This document shows positions 53,261-55,136 of a stretch of DNA of 55,136 nucleotides, piece after piece. The stretch's first letter is position 1; the number at the start of each line of letters is the position of its first letter. The stretch lies in NCBI GenBank assembly GCA_035536255.1, contig DATLOP010000228.1, positions 1 to 55,136 of the forward strand, read 5' to 3'. The notes below the pieces were generated by a model. It worked only from the letters and a program-made list of their open reading frames with translations. It did no database searches and was not told where the DNA came from. The stretch is from Solirubrobacteraceae bacterium. GTDB lineage: Bacteria > Actinomycetota > Thermoleophilia > Solirubrobacterales > Solirubrobacteraceae. Position numbers and translations under genes: made by a program.

Positions 53261-54696
53261 GCTTCCTGCGCCGCCTGCCCGCGGCGGCGTGGGCGTGCGC
53301 GGCGATCGCCGTGGTCAACGGCGCGCTGTGGGCGGCCCTCGTCCCCGCCTTCCAGATCCCGGACGAGATCGACCACGCCGGCTACGTGCAGTACGTCGCC
53401 GAGCGCCAGGACGTCCCGCGCCCGGGCCAGCATGCGGAGTACGCGGACGACCTGGCGCTGGCGGCCGGCGGGGTCCCCTTCACCGTAGAGGGACGTCCGA
53501 CCTGGTCCCCGGAGACGTCGCGCGAGGTGCACCGCACGCTGCGCGCGCCGCTCGACAGCCGGCCGGGGGGGACGGGCCAGGCCGCCGTCAACAACCCGCC
53601 TCTGTACTACCTGCTCGCGGCCGTCCCCTACCGGCTGGCCGCCGACCGCGAGTACTACGACCGCCTGTACGTCATGCGCCTGCTCTCCGCGCTGCTGGCC
53701 GGCGTCACCGTGCTCTTCACCTTCCTGTTCGTGCGCGACGTCCTGCCGCGCACGCGCTGGGCGTGGACCGTGGGCGCGCTGGCGGTGGCCTTCCAGCCCG
53801 TCTTCGGGTTCATGTCGGGCGGCGTGAACAACGACAACCTGGCCTACGCCGCCGGAGCCGCGGTCCTGTTCGTCGTCGCGCGCGGGCTGCGGCGGGGCCT
53901 GACCCCCGGGGTGGGGGCCGCGCTGGGCGCCGCCCTGCTCGCCGGGCTGCTGGCCAAGTCGAGCTTCCTCGGGATGGTGCCGGGCGCGCTCCTCGCGCTG
54001 GGACTGATGGTGTGGCGGTCCGGGCCGTCGCGCCGCCGCGCGCTGCTGGGCGCGCTGACCGCGCTGCTGACGCTGGCCCTGCCCTTCGGGCTGTGGCTGG
54101 TCGTCAACGAGCACGTCTTCGACCGCGTCGCGACGACCACCGGCGGGTTCGCCTCCTCGGCGGTCGAGAAGGAGGTCTCGATCCGCGAGCAGATCTCCTA
54201 CCTGTGGCAGTACTTCCTGCCGGCCCTCCCGTGGATGACGGCCGAGATGCCGGCGGACTACCCGGTCTGGGAAACCTACTTCCAGGGCTTCGTGGGCCGG
54301 TTCGGCTGGTTCCAGTACGGGTTCCCGATCTGGGTGAACTGGGTCGCGCTGGGCGTCTTCGCGGCGCTGGCCGCGCTGGCCGGCCGCGCGGTCGCGCTGG
54401 CGCGCCCGTGGCGCAGCGGGCGCTGGGCCGAGGCGCTCGCCTACGCCGGGATCCTCGGCGGCTTCGTGCTCTTCGTGAACGTCGCGGGCTACCGCTACTG
54501 GACGGTCAACGGGGCGCCCTTCGAGCAGACGCGCTACCTGTTCCCGGTCCTGGCGCTCTGGGGGCTGTTCGTCGCCGTGGCGGCGCGGGGCGCCGGGCCC
54601 CGGTGGGGGTCGGCGGTGGGAGGATTCCTCGTCGTCGTCCTCTTCGGCCACTCGCTCTTCGCCATGCTCCTCACCCTGTCGCGCTACTACGCGTAG
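53248..54696 (+). CDS. DUF2142-like polytopic membrane protein (GT-C-like candidate)
   Basis: ATG 53248. First loop carries FQIPDEIDHAGYVQYV (a PDExxH-type motif). About 12 TM segments. The track ORF from 53107 is a shadow extension. Confidence 0.6.
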   Translation: MRRLSFLRRLPAAAWACAAIAVVNGALWAALVPAFQIPDEIDHAGYVQYVAERQDVPRPGQHAEYADDLALAAGGVPFTVEGRPTWSPETSREVHRTLRAPLDSRPGGTGQAAVNNPPLYYLLAAVPYRLAADREYYDRLYVMRLLSALLAGVTVLFTFLFVRDVLPRTRWAWTVGALAVAFQPVFGFMSGGVNNDNLAYAAGAAVLFVVARGLRRGLTPGVGAALGAALLAGLLAKSSFLGMVPGALLALGLMVWRSGPSRRRALLGALTALLTLALPFGLWLVVNEHVFDRVATTTGGFASSAVEKEVSIREQISYLWQYFLPALPWMTAEMPADYPVWETYFQGFVGRFGWFQYGFPIWVNWVALGVFAALAALAGRAVALARPWRSGRWAEALAYAGILGGFVLFVNVAGYRYWTVNGAPFEQTRYLFPVLALWGLFVAVAARGAGPRWGSAVGGFLVVVLFGHSLFAMLLTLSRYYA

Positions 54697-54705
54697 CCTC
54701 AGGCC

Positions 54706-55136
54706 GTGACCGCTCGAAGCGCCCGAGCCGGCCGTCTCCTGCGCCGCCGTGGGCACGAGGAGCGAGCCCGGTACGCGCAGTTCGTCGCGCGGACCGAGCC
54801 CGCCCTGTCCATCCGCCCGCACCTGCGGCGCTTCGCCGCGCCCCCGGCGCTCGTCGAGCCCCGTGAGGAGCCGCAGCCGATCTCCGTGCTCATCGACACG
54901 TCGGGCGGGGGCGACCCGCAGGCCACGCGCGCCTCGCTGCCCGGCGCGGTGCCGGCCGCCGAGGGCGACGCGCGGCGGCTCCTGGGCGAGGTGCGCACGC
55001 CCTGGGCCGCCGTCGTGTCGGCGGGCGACCGGCTGGCCGACGGGGCGCTGAAGCGGCTGGGGCAGGCGGCCGCCGTGGCCGGGGACGCCGCGCTGATCAC
55101 CGGCGACGACGACGTCCTGGACGCGCGCGAGCGGCG
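54706..55136 (+). CDS. Probable glycosyltransferase (GT2-like N-terminus); 3' end runs off the window
   Basis: The frame from GTG 54706 is stop-free to the window end and is not in the track. It encodes ...ERARYAQFVARTEPAL...PISVLIDTSGG...WAAVVSAGDRLADGAL...ITGDDDVLD, the usual opening of large O-antigen-type GT2 proteins. Confidence 0.5.
   Translation, partial: MTARSARAGRLLRRRGHEERARYAQFVARTEPALSIRPHLRRFAAPPALVEPREEPQPISVLIDTSGGGDPQATRASLPGAVPAAEGDARRLLGEVRTPWAAVVSAGDRLADGALKRLGQAAAVAGDAALITGDDDVLDARER

Noticed and set aside
54699-55100. 54699..55100 (-) and 54749..55051 (+) ORFs at the right edge
   Set aside because: Ser/Arg/Pro-rich junk. The plus frame from GTG 54706 is open to the window end and reads like a GT2 N-terminus.

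Overview
High-GC window, most likely from an actinobacterium (possibly Thermoleophilia or Solirubrobacterales-like; that guess is low confidence). I found no rRNA, tRNA, CRISPR array, transposase or integrase. Almost the whole window is one very large, tightly packed cell-envelope glycan locus. It holds about 22 glycosyltransferases: about 10 GT4, 6 GT2, one GT26, one CgeB-like, 3 GT-C-like membrane proteins and one WecA-type initiating transferase. It also holds two Wzx-type flippases, a Wzy-like polymerase, a Wzz-like chain-length protein and six methyltransferases (three of them FkbM type). Sugar-nucleotide genes include gmd, rfbF, rfbG, an RfbC-like epimerase, three SDR epimerase/dehydratases, a nucleotide-sugar dehydrogenase and an AsnB-like amidotransferase. 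An accessory segment of about 11 kb (about 22.97-34.19 kb) is interleaved with the sugar genes. It carries three VapBC pairs, one MazEF pair, a minimal colicin-E3-like rRNase gene with a putative immunity gene, a secreted metallophosphoesterase, an AAA+/DUF4143 ATPase and a long class II Fic protein. The most unusual points are: (1) one 995-aa ORF fusing a WecA/MraY-type initiating transferase, an O-antigen-ligase/Wzy_C-like module and TPR repeats, next to a secreted protein with four tandem Ig-like repeats; (2) the stand-alone E3-like toxin and immunity pair; (3) the Fic and ATPase divergent pair separated by three 23-bp-phased direct repeats; (4) a relic of a GT2 gene 3' end at the island border; (5) every convergent gene junction overlaps, five of them as 4-nt stop/stop overlaps (CTAG or TTAG); (6) two genes whose conserved N-termini can only be reached from a CTG codon. 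Many long ORFs in the supplied track are GC-rich shadow frames and were rejected. All family assignments come from motifs read by eye; no database search was run.
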